Positions 1-8,828 of a stretch of DNA of 64,000 bases are shown piece after piece. Source of the DNA: Bdellovibrionales bacterium (GTDB lineage: Bacteria; Bdellovibrionota; Bdellovibrionia; Bdellovibrionales; UBA1609). The notes beneath the pieces were generated by a model. The model saw only the letters and a program-made list of their open reading frames with translations. It was not told where the DNA came from and made no database searches. Positions within the stretch are counted from its first letter, which is position 1. Every line of letters starts with the position of its first letter. The translations under genes and the position numbers were made by a program. The DNA is taken from the NCBI GenBank assembly GCA_965219095.1, contig OZ244719.1, positions 448,001 to 512,000 on the forward strand, in the 5' to 3' direction.

Positions 1-1543
1 CTTGGTTTTAAATCTTCAAACAAACCATAAAAACCCTTTGGAAGTTTATCAGAGTGACGTTGATTTTCTTCCTCCATTTTGATTCTAAACTTGGGTTATA
101 ACTGGAGAAAGGAGCATAAAAATTTTCTTTTGCCCCTATACATGGGGGCAGTGTCCCCATGTTGACCCCTAAATTGTAACTCAGTTAAGAAACCGACTTA
201 CTGTTAACTTAAGTCCTATGTATTTTGAGAACTTAAGCCTTTTGGAGATCTCTTCTGGAACCTTATGCTACAAAAGAATGTCGAATTATTTTTTGGAATT
301 GGTATTACTAAAAACTTTTGGTTTAAAGTGTTTGGCATTAATAATGCTTGCACTACTTCCTAAAGCTCGAATCACAAAAAGACCTTCTTTCTCAGCCTTT
401 CTAGCTGAACCTTGATTGAACTTAAGATAAGCTACAGCACCATAAATTATTTTATCTTTATACAAAGGAAGCATTTGTTTAAAGTTTTTTAATTTGTTTA
501 TAAAATGAGTTAAATCTTTTAGCCATAAGGTAGTCTTGACTTCTGTCACAACCACTTCACTGCCATTAACTACAATAATGTCGAATTCAAAAGGCTCATC
601 ATTCCATATCCCGGAAGACTCTCGAGAAATACTCTGCACTTCAATGTTTCTTTCTTGAAGAAGTTTAACTAAATCACCTTTTACCAGAGCCTCCATAAGC
701 TTTCCCCATTGACCTGTGAAAAGTTCGTCTAACTTTGCTATACGTTTATCAGACTTTATAAACTGACGATCGGTCTCAAGTTTTGAGTCTTTTAACAAAC
801 GCTCTGTTTCTTTGTGGGCTTTTGCGGTTTCTTTTTGAGATTCTTTGAGTTGGCGATCAGTCTCTTTTTGAGCTTTAGAGGTTTCTTTGAGTTGGCGATC
901 AGTCTCTTTTTGAGCTTTGGCATTCTCTTTTTGAGCTTTAGCGATTTCTTTTTGAGATTCTTTGAGTTGGCGGTCAGTCTCTTTTTGAGCTTTGGCATTC
1001 TCTTTTTGAGACTTTGCCAGTTCTTGAGTTTCTTTAGCAACAGCTTGAATCGAAGCCCATACAGCTTTAGGAATTGAATGATTGGTTTTTTTTAAAGACA
1101 TGCGGTTATAATAATATAAAAAAACTTTCTTTTCAAGTGATTTTAAGAGAATTTCTTTCAAATAGCCTCACTGCAACATCTCTCTCTAACCTACTGTAAT
1201 ATAACAGGAAAATAAGAAAGTACCAGAAAGATGTCGCTAGAGATAATACAACAATTAAATCCTGGCTTTCAAAAGTAAGTACAAAAGAAATTAAAGTTTG
1301 TTTTTAATCAAAACTATCGTGATTCTCATATGCGTTCTTGTACGGAGTTTTGTCGTGATCAACTAGGTTCAATGTAGGGGAAAAGTCTTAACATTCGGGA
1401 ATAGATGGGTAGGTTAATTTATTATTTTCTTTTTGTTTTTTAGTGATTCTGCAAACTTACAAAAGTTTACAAATCAATTTATAGGAATTCTTGCAGCAGT
1501 TGCCATTCCTGCATTCGATGGGTTTAGAAAAAAAGCACGAAGC
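1..1543. repeat. Inverted repeat of 26807-28349 (distal end of a small element plus pilin core); may extend beyond window start
   Basis: Position p maps to 28350-p; identical ORF translations (286..1161 vs 27189..28064); identity ends at the AGT/GGT codon of the pilin. Confidence 0.95.
286..1101 (-). CDS. Coiled-coil heptad-repeat protein with C-terminal PD-(D/E)XK-like domain (DUF3782-like)
   Basis: KAQKETDRQLKE repeats, then EFDIIVVNG..VTEVK; ATG at 1101 preferred over TTG at 1161. Confidence 0.75.
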   Translation of the reverse strand: MSLKKTNHSIPKAVWASIQAVAKETQELAKSQKENAKAQKETDRQLKESQKEIAKAQKENAKAQKETDRQLKETSKAQKETDRQLKESQKETAKAHKETERLLKDSKLETDRQFIKSDKRIAKLDELFTGQWGKLMEALVKGDLVKLLQERNIEVQSISRESSGIWNDEPFEFDIIVVNGSEVVVTEVKTTLWLKDLTHFINKLKNFKQMLPLYKDKIIYGAVAYLKFNQGSARKAEKEGLFVIRALGSSASIINAKHFKPKVFSNTNSKK

Positions 1544-1894
1544 AGTGAAGCTAAAACTAACTTAGGGGCTCTTTATACAGCAGAAAAAGCCTACTTTTAT
1601 GAAGGTGATAAATATTCAGAAGTCCTAGCTACTATAGGATTTGAGGAACCTACTGGAACACGCCACTATGCTGTTGGATTTAAAGCTACTTGTGCTACGG
1701 GTAGTTCTGCTGAATGTTACCCATCAACTGCCGGCAGCACCACCACCAAAATTACTGCGATTGCAGGGAAAACCGGGACAACCTGTGAGCTAAACTCTGC
1801 AGGTGATGAATTCATAGCTTGTGCTGAAGGAGAAACAGCTTCGACAAATTCCAACTGGCAAATTAATCATGATAAAAGTTTGAGTCCACTATAA
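1481..1894 (+). CDS. pilA: Type IV major pilin 3' cassette C1 (no leader, presumably silent)
   Basis: IGILAAVAIPAFDGFRKKARSSEAKTNL pilin alpha-1 helix, 4 Cys, no GFxLIEL upstream. Confidence 0.9.
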   Translation: MGILAAVAIPAFDGFRKKARSSEAKTNLGALYTAEKAYFYEGDKYSEVLATIGFEEPTGTRHYAVGFKATCATGSSAECYPSTAGSTTTKITAIAGKTGTTCELNSAGDEFIACAEGETASTNSNWQINHDKSLSPL

Positions 1895-1913
1895 AATGCT
1901 TAAACTTCATTTT

Positions 1914-1942
1914 AAAACCCCTCCCTTTTTTGGAGGGGTTTT
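1914..1942. terminator. Bidirectional intrinsic terminator between C1 and integrase
   Basis: AAAACCCCTCC-loop-GGAGGGGTTTT. Confidence 0.85.
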
Positions 1943-2020
1943 TCTTTTCTTAACTCACAAAATCCAAGCTAAAAAAACCCATTCATTTTGCTTTTTGAAG
2001 TGGTTTTAAATCTTTACAAT

Positions 2021-3223
2021 TCAACTGCTAGGATCACTTTCCCTTATCCTTAATGAGGACTCATTTACAGTCTTTTGAGGGTGTGTAAGTGATTTTGTAA
2101 GTGATTTCGATTCGTACATGCTAGCTGTTCTTTCTGCCATATCAGAATTTATTAAAGCTACCGCTTTAGCATACCTTTGAGTCATAGCTTGATCTGTATG
2201 CCCAAGACTTGCTTGCACAGCGGAAAGACTTTTTGTCGCCATAAGTGCCATTGTGGCATAAGTATGACGGCAAATATGAGTCCCTCTCCAAGGAAGATTG
2301 CAGGCCTTAAAGGACTTATCAAAAGCCCAGCGAATGCTTGTATAAGACACAATTTCACCTTCTCTTGAATGAAAGACTAAGGGATTTTCGGGAGACTCAC
2401 TTTTCATAACCCTTAACAACTCCACAAGTCTCTCTGGAAGAACCAAAAGCCTGTTAGATGCTTTCGTTTTAGTACTCTCACAGAGAGTTATTTTGTTACC
2501 TCCCCAATCAGCTGTCCTTACCACACGTACAAACTTTTCTTCAAAGACAACTTCTTTCCACAAAAGCCCACAAGCTTCACTCACTCTAGCTCCTGTTAAA
2601 ATCATAAACTTTGCCAGTCTATAATAAACAGGGTTAGATATTTTCTGAAGCTTTTGAAGCCAAAGCTGTATTTCTTCTGGTCTAGCAAAGTAGTCAGGTC
2701 GTCTTAGTTTTTGAGTTGTCTCGTAGCAAATGTCTCTATGCATTTTCACTACAGGAACAACAAAGCTTGGATCAACGTAATTTCTCCACCAGTTTAGAAC
2801 AGCTACAAGTCGCCTAAACTCTGTTTTAAAACTCTGTCTTTGTCTACACTTCTTAGTTTTCTTTTGAAACCAAGAAATCCAAAGGCTTATCTCCTTTGCC
2901 TTTAAGTCTAACATCTTGACTTTATTTAAGGGGCTGTTAACTGAAAGATTTTTCAGATTCAATAAGATTTTTCTCTGGCTGGAAGCTCTCAGTTTAGGCA
3001 GATACTCTTTGATGTACTTTTCTACACAATCGCAAAAAAGCAATTCTTTAAGTTCTTTTTCTTCTATAGTTTCACCTTTTTCAAGGCGATCTTTTTCTCT
3101 ATCATGCCAAATGTAAGCTTGAGTTTTGTTTTCAAAAACTTTACTCGAAAGCCTCACTCCTCTGACATACACTTGAGCTTGATAGACGTTCTTTTTTTTT
3201 CTTTTAATTTTAGTTACAGACAT
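2021..3223 (-). CDS. Tyrosine integrase (type A)
   Basis: TGARVSE, HICRH and LGH..MTQRY catalytic motifs; 400 aa with N-terminal arm-binding-like region. Confidence 0.95.
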   Translation of the reverse strand: MSVTKIKRKKKNVYQAQVYVRGVRLSSKVFENKTQAYIWHDREKDRLEKGETIEEKELKELLFCDCVEKYIKEYLPKLRASSQRKILLNLKNLSVNSPLNKVKMLDLKAKEISLWISWFQKKTKKCRQRQSFKTEFRRLVAVLNWWRNYVDPSFVVPVVKMHRDICYETTQKLRRPDYFARPEEIQLWLQKLQKISNPVYYRLAKFMILTGARVSEACGLLWKEVVFEEKFVRVVRTADWGGNKITLCESTKTKASNRLLVLPERLVELLRVMKSESPENPLVFHSREGEIVSYTSIRWAFDKSFKACNLPWRGTHICRHTYATMALMATKSLSAVQASLGHTDQAMTQRYAKAVALINSDMAERTASMYESKSLTKSLTHPQKTVNESSLRIRESDPSS

Positions 3224-3474
3224 GATTTGAACTCCTTTCGTTCAATCCATTGCTGTAAGCGAGAAGACCTAAAATAAACCTTTCGGCCTATTTTTACATA
3301 AGGGATTTTCCTTAAAGAAACCCAATTTTGTAAAGTCTTCTTAGATAAACCTAAATTTTCTGAAAGCTCCTCAATAGTTATTAAATTGTCAAAGAACAAG
3401 CCCTTTTTTTGAGGGCGAATAGTGTTCTCTAAACTACTACTTTTCTTGATTGGTTTCAATTCTTTTTTATTCAT
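3214..3474 (-). CDS. Excisionase-like HTH protein
   Basis: ITIEELSENLGLSKKTLQNWVSLRKIPYVKIG; overlaps integrase start; AAGGAG RBS. Confidence 0.85.
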   Translation of the reverse strand: MNKKELKPIKKSSSLENTIRPQKKGLFFDNLITIEELSENLGLSKKTLQNWVSLRKIPYVKIGRKVYFRSSRLQQWIERKEFKSCL

Positions 3475-3539
3475 TTTTATTTCTCCTTTCAAAATATAAC
3501 GAGGGAGCTTAAAGCTCCCTCATTTGGTATTCTAAGCCT

Positions 3540-3767
3540 TTAAAAGGGCATTTCTTCTGTATCATTTTTCTGCTCTTTTTTTGGTATTCTTTCTATAACC
3601 ACAAGCTCCCCTGAGACAGGCAAGCTTGTGAGCTTCAAAGAAAAACCGTTTTTGTTCTTTAAACCAAAGGCTACACCTATTCTTTGGTAGTCCACTTTTT
3701 CGTTTCCCTGAGAGTCTTTATAAGCTCTGACTGAGAGTGCGTCATAAATTGTAGTTTTTAGTTTCAT
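3540..3767 (-). CDS. Small putative ssDNA-binding protein
   Basis: Beta-rich RIGVAF..GFSLKL core, SSB-like acidic tail DTEEMPF; AAGGAG RBS before ATG at 3767. Confidence 0.55.
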   Translation of the reverse strand: MKLKTTIYDALSVRAYKDSQGNEKVDYQRIGVAFGLKNKNGFSLKLTSLPVSGELVVIERIPKKEQKNDTEEMPF

Positions 3768-3927
3768 TTCTACTCCTTTCCTTATTGATTTACATCCTTT
3801 CTTGAGCTTCAAGAGAGGACAGTGCGGAGAGCTTATAAAAGTTCGTCCGCAGATTTAACAAACAGAAAATTTTTTTAAGACTAGCTTTAAAAAAATTTTC
3901 TTTCCTTTCCTTTTCCACCAACCTACT

Positions 3928-4160
3928 ACCCAACCCAACCACTCACACCACACATCACACACCACATCTACCAGAGAGATTAGAAAGTGAGTTAGGGTGG
4001 TCAAATCTTAAATCCAATGAAAACAAGACCTTATCAAAGGGCCTTATTACGCCCATTCTTACGACTTGTTGAAAGGATTTAAGATTTGACCACCCTAACT
4101 CACTTTCGTCACCACAGGTACACAGTAGTGATGGGTTATAAAAGAGTGGTTGGGTTGGGT
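3928..4160. other. Long nested hairpin (structured ssDNA or RNA element)
   Basis: 17-bp outer stem 3928-3944/4144-4160 and perfect 33-bp inner stem 3983-4015/4075-4107. Confidence 0.85.
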
Positions 4161-5349
4161 GTCTTCTCATTTCTCCAAGCCTTTCTTCTTTTTTTCTTTA
4201 GCATTGTAAACTTGAAGTAAAATTTGCTTGTTTTGAAGTTTATCAATAAGAAGAGCTTGACCTCTTTTTAAAGACTTAAAAACATCAAAATCCACTTTCA
4301 TCTTTTTGGTGTTAAAAAGTGAACCTAAGCCTGTTTTTTCAAACTCGCTTAACATCTCTTGTGATGACACTTGAAAGGTCATAGCTTTATCTTCTATAGT
4401 TCCACAAACAGAAGACCATGTTTCACAGTCTTGAGGGACATCTTGACGGAAGATCAGCTTATAAGCAGTGTTACCTAAAATCTGATCCGAAAACTCAGAA
4501 GATACAGCTTTTAAATCAGCCAAGCCTTGACAAAAAAGATGAACCCCTATTTAGAGCTTCTGATCATTTTAAGAAGGTCGCTAAAATCTCTTGTTGCAAA
4601 AGAGCCAAATTCGTCAATAAATATCCCTGCAAAGTTAAACTTAGGCGCTATTTGTCCTGCATGAATTTGACTGCTTATAACTTTCAAGTCTTGCACAATC
4701 ATTTTGCCTAAACGTCTTGCAAAATCACCATATCCGTTTGTGTTCAGTTGAAAATAAGCCACCTGACCTTTTTCCAAAATCTCAACTAAATCAATTTGAC
4801 ACTTTGAAGAAGAAAGAAGATGAGAAAACTCTCTAGAGTTTAAAATCTCAACCTGAGCTTTTAATCCTGCAAGGTCTTCTTTTTTAATTTGAGATAAAGA
4901 AGCTACATCATCTTCCATCCCTTCCAGCTCTTTTTTCTCCATAAATTCTTTGTGAGAGTTGTTGAGGGCTTGTTTTAATTCTTTAAGATTCATTTTCTTT
5001 TTTAGAGCTTCAAAACAAGAAAGCAAGATAGAAAGATACTGACTGGCTTGTGAAGCATAATAATCATGAGTAAAACTAAGGCCAAGCATCAGTTTCGACC
5101 TCACTTGTTCACTTGTTCCATACTTCAAAGGATCGTAGGACAAGCTCTTTTCAGGCTGTGCAAGAGAAAAAAGCTTAAAGTCTTCCTCTTTTCTTCCTAA
5201 CTCACAAAAAAGGAATTTTATCATCTCTATGTCCTTTATTTCCCCCTTAGGATCAAGGATCACAAGAGGGTGTTTATGCAAAAAACTGTGCCTCAGTAAA
5301 TTCATCATCAAGGTTGTTTTTCCTGTGCCTGTCGCTCCTGTAACAAGTA

Positions 5350-6758
5350 ATACCAATTACAGAAATTAATTCGACATTTTTATGTTCAAATTTAAAATTT
5401 TAAAATTGACTTAAGGAAAAGTTTCAATTAGGAGGCTTTAAAAAAGTTTTTTTTGAAGGGAGGTTGAGTTTTCATAAGATATGTTTATTTTATGTATATC
5501 TATTGTTGTGTGAATCGATTGATGGGTTAAAATAAGTGTAAAAAAGTGAGGTTAAGATGTAAAATGAAAAAAATCAGTTACGCAATTTAATTTATAGGTT
5601 CAAATTAATTTACAAGCTTGATTCATCTTGTTGTTTTGCCCAAGATCGAGTGCATAATTTTTTAATCCTGCCCTCCTGATCGCAAAAAGTATTCCAGGCC
5701 TCACAACAAGTATTCAGTATATGGTCATAGTTTTTAAAACATGCATTCGATAATTTGATCCTTCGTAATTGTTGCCAGACTTGTTCCATGGGATTTAATT
5801 CTGGACTATAAGGAGGTAAAGGCATCAGGGATAAATTCTTAGGAACTATCAAAGTCTCTGTGGTATGCCAACTGGCTCTGTCCATTAAAACAATTCCATG
5901 ATAGTTTTCTTGAATATTTTTAGATATCTCATCTAAGTGAATTTGCATCATCCCTGAATTACATTCCGGTAAAACCCAAGCACAGCCTTTATCTTTATCC
6001 GGACAAACTGCTCCAAAAATATAAGTGGATAAAAATTGTCTTTGTCTCACAACTCTAGGTCGTGTGCCTTTTCTTGCCCAAATCCTGCTTAAAGAACCTT
6101 GCTGGCCTATTCTGCATTCATCCTGCCACCAAATCTCTATTTTATGAGTCTGAATCTTTTCCTTTATTTTCTCCACCTCTTCTGGAAAATGTTCCTTAAA
6201 CTGTTCCATAGCTTCTTGTGAACTTTTAGGATGAAGAGAACGACCACTGATCCATACAATATTAAGACGGTCTAAAAGAGCATAAACCCCAGAAAGAGAA
6301 TAGCAACAGTCAAATTCATTTGCTAAAAGTTCCTGTATTCCCTTTGCTCCTATGCTTCCTCCTTCTCTCTTGTCTTGAATTTCATCTAACTTGATTTTGA
6401 AGTTCTCTTCTTCTGTCACTGGTAAACGAGGCTTGCGCCCTCTGCCTTCTCGATCTATCAACCCCTCGTAATCAAAGTCTACAAAAGACTGTAACCAGGA
6501 TTTGATACTGTGACGGTGATAGAAAACTATACTTGCTGTTTCTTGAATCGATTTTCCTTCTTGCATATGCTGCAAAGCTTGGAGTTTTATCTTGATGTTG
6601 GCACTTCTTTCTACTTTGTAAGTAGCTAGAAAATTATACCCTTGAATCTGTGTAACTAAATCTTTTTTCGACATGACTCTAAAAATTTAACAGAGTTTGA
6701 TCAAAAAGCCAGGACGCAATGCGTTAAAAGAATGTCGAATTAATTTTTGGAAATGGTA
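5350..6758 (-). mobile_element. IS630-family insertion sequence
   Basis: Imperfect terminal IRs (TACCA..AAATTAATTCGACA), flanking TA duplication; empty site visible at ~48930. Confidence 0.9.
5610..6674 (-). CDS. IS630-family transposase
   Basis: WQDE, MDRASWH, LPPYSPELNPME DDE motifs. Confidence 0.95.
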   Translation of the reverse strand: MSKKDLVTQIQGYNFLATYKVERSANIKIKLQALQHMQEGKSIQETASIVFYHRHSIKSWLQSFVDFDYEGLIDREGRGRKPRLPVTEEENFKIKLDEIQDKREGGSIGAKGIQELLANEFDCCYSLSGVYALLDRLNIVWISGRSLHPKSSQEAMEQFKEHFPEEVEKIKEKIQTHKIEIWWQDECRIGQQGSLSRIWARKGTRPRVVRQRQFLSTYIFGAVCPDKDKGCAWVLPECNSGMMQIHLDEISKNIQENYHGIVLMDRASWHTTETLIVPKNLSLMPLPPYSPELNPMEQVWQQLRRIKLSNACFKNYDHILNTCCEAWNTFCDQEGRIKKLCTRSWAKQQDESSL

Positions 6759-7198
6759 TAAATGTTCTGTTCTAGAACTGACAGGTAAACTTACAAGCTC
6801 TTTTTTGACAAAATTGGCTCCTATAGGAGCTGAGTCTTTAGACTCAAGAGCCTTCTCAAAAGTTTTGAAATCAACTTCTTCTCCCTCCAAATGATCCACT
6901 GTAATGCGTTTTTTGGATTTTATGTTCTCATCCTTAAGCCAAAAATTACAAGTTATAAAAAGTAAAAAAGCCTGAAAGATCCAAAATACAAAAAGCTGTG
7001 CTAACCAGAAAAACAAGAGGTCTAAAACAAGTAGATAAAAAAGAGTCTCTAAAATGACAAGGCCAATAAAAATACAAATTATAAATTTATAGTTTTTCGC
7101 AAGCCTTTTAGAAGCATAAGGAGCTTTTTTAATCTCTTTATGTGCAACCACTTCCCCTAAAAAGAAAATCATAAAAAGTATATTGAAACTTTTTTCTT

Positions 7199-7630
7199 AT
7201 GAAGATCAACAGAGATTTTGCTTTTTTAAATAACTTAGATTCATTATTGACTTATAATAGCATTGGAGTTCTTGAAGCTGCTCGTCTTTTAGAACTCAAT
7301 AAGAATACTATAAGCACTTTCCTAAACGGTAAAAGTCATATAAACTCTCATGATTTTATGAGAGTCCTTAAACTAGCAGGCATTAACTTAAGGGCTATTG
7401 TGAGAGATGAGTTAGAAAGAAGAGAACAAAGCGATACCCCTATAGGAGAAGACATGGAACTTATTTTAAAGGAGCTTTCAAAACATGACAAAAGGTCGAT
7501 TCTTAAAGATGTTATCGCTTCTAGCGAACGTTGTGCTGATAAAAATAAAACCATAGAAAACTCACGCACAAGATTAAAAGAACACCTGCAAGAGATGAGG
7601 TATAAAAGAAAGCAGGCTAAATTATGTTAA
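7199..7630 (+). CDS. XRE-like HTH protein
   Basis: EAARLLELNKNTISTFLNGK; conserved copy at 48059..48490. Confidence 0.7.
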   Translation: MKINRDFAFLNNLDSLLTYNSIGVLEAARLLELNKNTISTFLNGKSHINSHDFMRVLKLAGINLRAIVRDELERREQSDTPIGEDMELILKELSKHDKRSILKDVIASSERCADKNKTIENSRTRLKEHLQEMRYKRKQAKLC

Positions 7631-8172
7631 AAGTAAAACAAAGCATTCAAGAAAGAGATAACATGCTTTTAGAAAATTGGCTTTGTGATCCTTTTTGGCC
7701 AGAACTTCATGCTCACCTCACAATAGAAAACCTTCCCGCTTCACCACAAGTCGTAGCAGAAACCTTCTCTATAACTTTAGAAGAGGCTACAGATGCTATT
7801 GACGGATTAGAGGAGTTAGGCTTTCTTGTCAAAGAAGGGAGTTTTTATAAAGCTGGGAAGAGAAACTTTGTCATCACAAAAAAAGAAATCACAAAAAATC
7901 AGGCTATACATCAACATATTTTAAAAACAAGATACCTCTTAGCTCAAATAAAATCTGAAACTATAGAAAAAATCTCAAATTATACAGTGGCCTGTAGCAA
8001 AGAAGCTATGAATAAATTTAAACAGGATTTTGATAGGATTATCTTTGAACTTCTTGAAAGTTCAGAAAACTCTTTAAAAAATGAAGAAAAATCTGAAAAA
8101 TCTATTTATAACATAAATTTAGGCATAATAAAAACGTCTAACATAAAACCAAAAGGAGAAAATCATGGCTAA
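7624..8172 (+). CDS. DUF4423/TIGR02147-like winged-helix protein
   Basis: ITLEEATDAIDGLEELGFL and C-terminal IYNINL pattern; recognised by eye. Confidence 0.55.
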   Translation: MLKVKQSIQERDNMLLENWLCDPFWPELHAHLTIENLPASPQVVAETFSITLEEATDAIDGLEELGFLVKEGSFYKAGKRNFVITKKEITKNQAIHQHILKTRYLLAQIKSETIEKISNYTVACSKEAMNKFKQDFDRIIFELLESSENSLKNEEKSEKSIYNINLGIIKTSNIKPKGENHG

Positions 8173-8557
8173 AAACCTATTCATAATAACAGTTTTATTC
8201 TTTACTTTTTCTTTTAAAAGTTTTATGTGGGCAGAAGGCTCAGGTGTGGATTTTAGCTTTGCTGATAAAAAAGAAATTGATTCAAAAATTATTGAACTTC
8301 AACTTTTAGAGTTTTTTGAGTCTTACTCTATAGTGTTTCAAGAAAATGAAACGCCAAATGTTTTAGAAAATGAATTTTATGAACTTAAAGAACTTTTTGA
8401 TGAAGGTTATTATAAAAGTGAGCTTAAAAAACAAGAATCTCATAGACATATTTATTATCAAGTAAGAGATAGAGTGCCTGAATTTTTTCCTGATCCCGAA
8501 AGAAAAGGAGACAGTATAGAAATGGCTGATCGGTTTTTTCTTTTTAACTTCTCGTAA
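8165..8557 (+). CDS. Hypothetical exported protein
   Basis: N-terminal signal-peptide-like stretch; RBS; conserved copy at 47132..47524. Confidence 0.65.
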   Translation: MAKNLFIITVLFFTFSFKSFMWAEGSGVDFSFADKKEIDSKIIELQLLEFFESYSIVFQENETPNVLENEFYELKELFDEGYYKSELKKQESHRHIYYQVRDRVPEFFPDPERKGDSIEMADRFFLFNFS

Positions 8558-8828
8558 AGAGTTTCTCGTGTAGGTTCTAGTTTAAGCATGGCTTTTATAG
8601 AGACGTGAAGACATATGGATTTTTTGTTTCTGGATAAGTCACTCTTTATTTGTGTAATTTTTTAAGATGTTAGTTATAGTTAATGCTTGAAATTCTGCCT
8701 TCTCAAAAGAATCTGTGGGTTCCCTGGAGGAGCCGAAAAATTTAATCTTGGATAGGGCGGTCAGATAACCGAGTTACAAATGTTTAGATTTTTTGCCCTT
8801 TGATGGTGAAGTCTGAGGGCAAAAATTT

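Larger units (their letters stand above)
4167..7172 (-). pseudogene. Type IV coupling protein (TraD/TrwB/VirD4-like) disrupted by IS630 and a 1-bp deletion
   Basis: ORFs 6687..7172, 4547..5356 and 4167..4523 together match intact 48517..50112. Confidence 0.9.

Noticed and set aside
792..1077. Alternative-frame and antisense ORFs over the coiled-coil repeats (also 25335, 27273, 27310, 53246, 53268) and over the pentapeptide gene (43503..43922)
   Set aside because: Shadows of stop-poor repetitive coding sequence
1433..1480. ORF-track N-termini for pilin ORFs (MFFSDSANL..., also 26917 and 52822; MILRTYK... at 25856)
   Set aside because: No prepilin cleavage motif; C2 and C5 have an in-frame stop just upstream; this sequence is the recombination arm rather than a leader
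3928..4160. Retron msr/msd or diversity-generating retroelement explanation
   Set aside because: No reverse transcriptase in the window; pilin differences include indels and are not restricted to adenines
3955..4170. ORFs over the hairpins (3955..4170, 50109..50324, 22610..22861, 32368..32619, 56087..56338)
   Set aside because: No recognisable protein features; conservation is explained by the stems and by duplication
2021..8557. Prophage
   Set aside because: No capsid, terminase, portal, tail or lysis genes recognised
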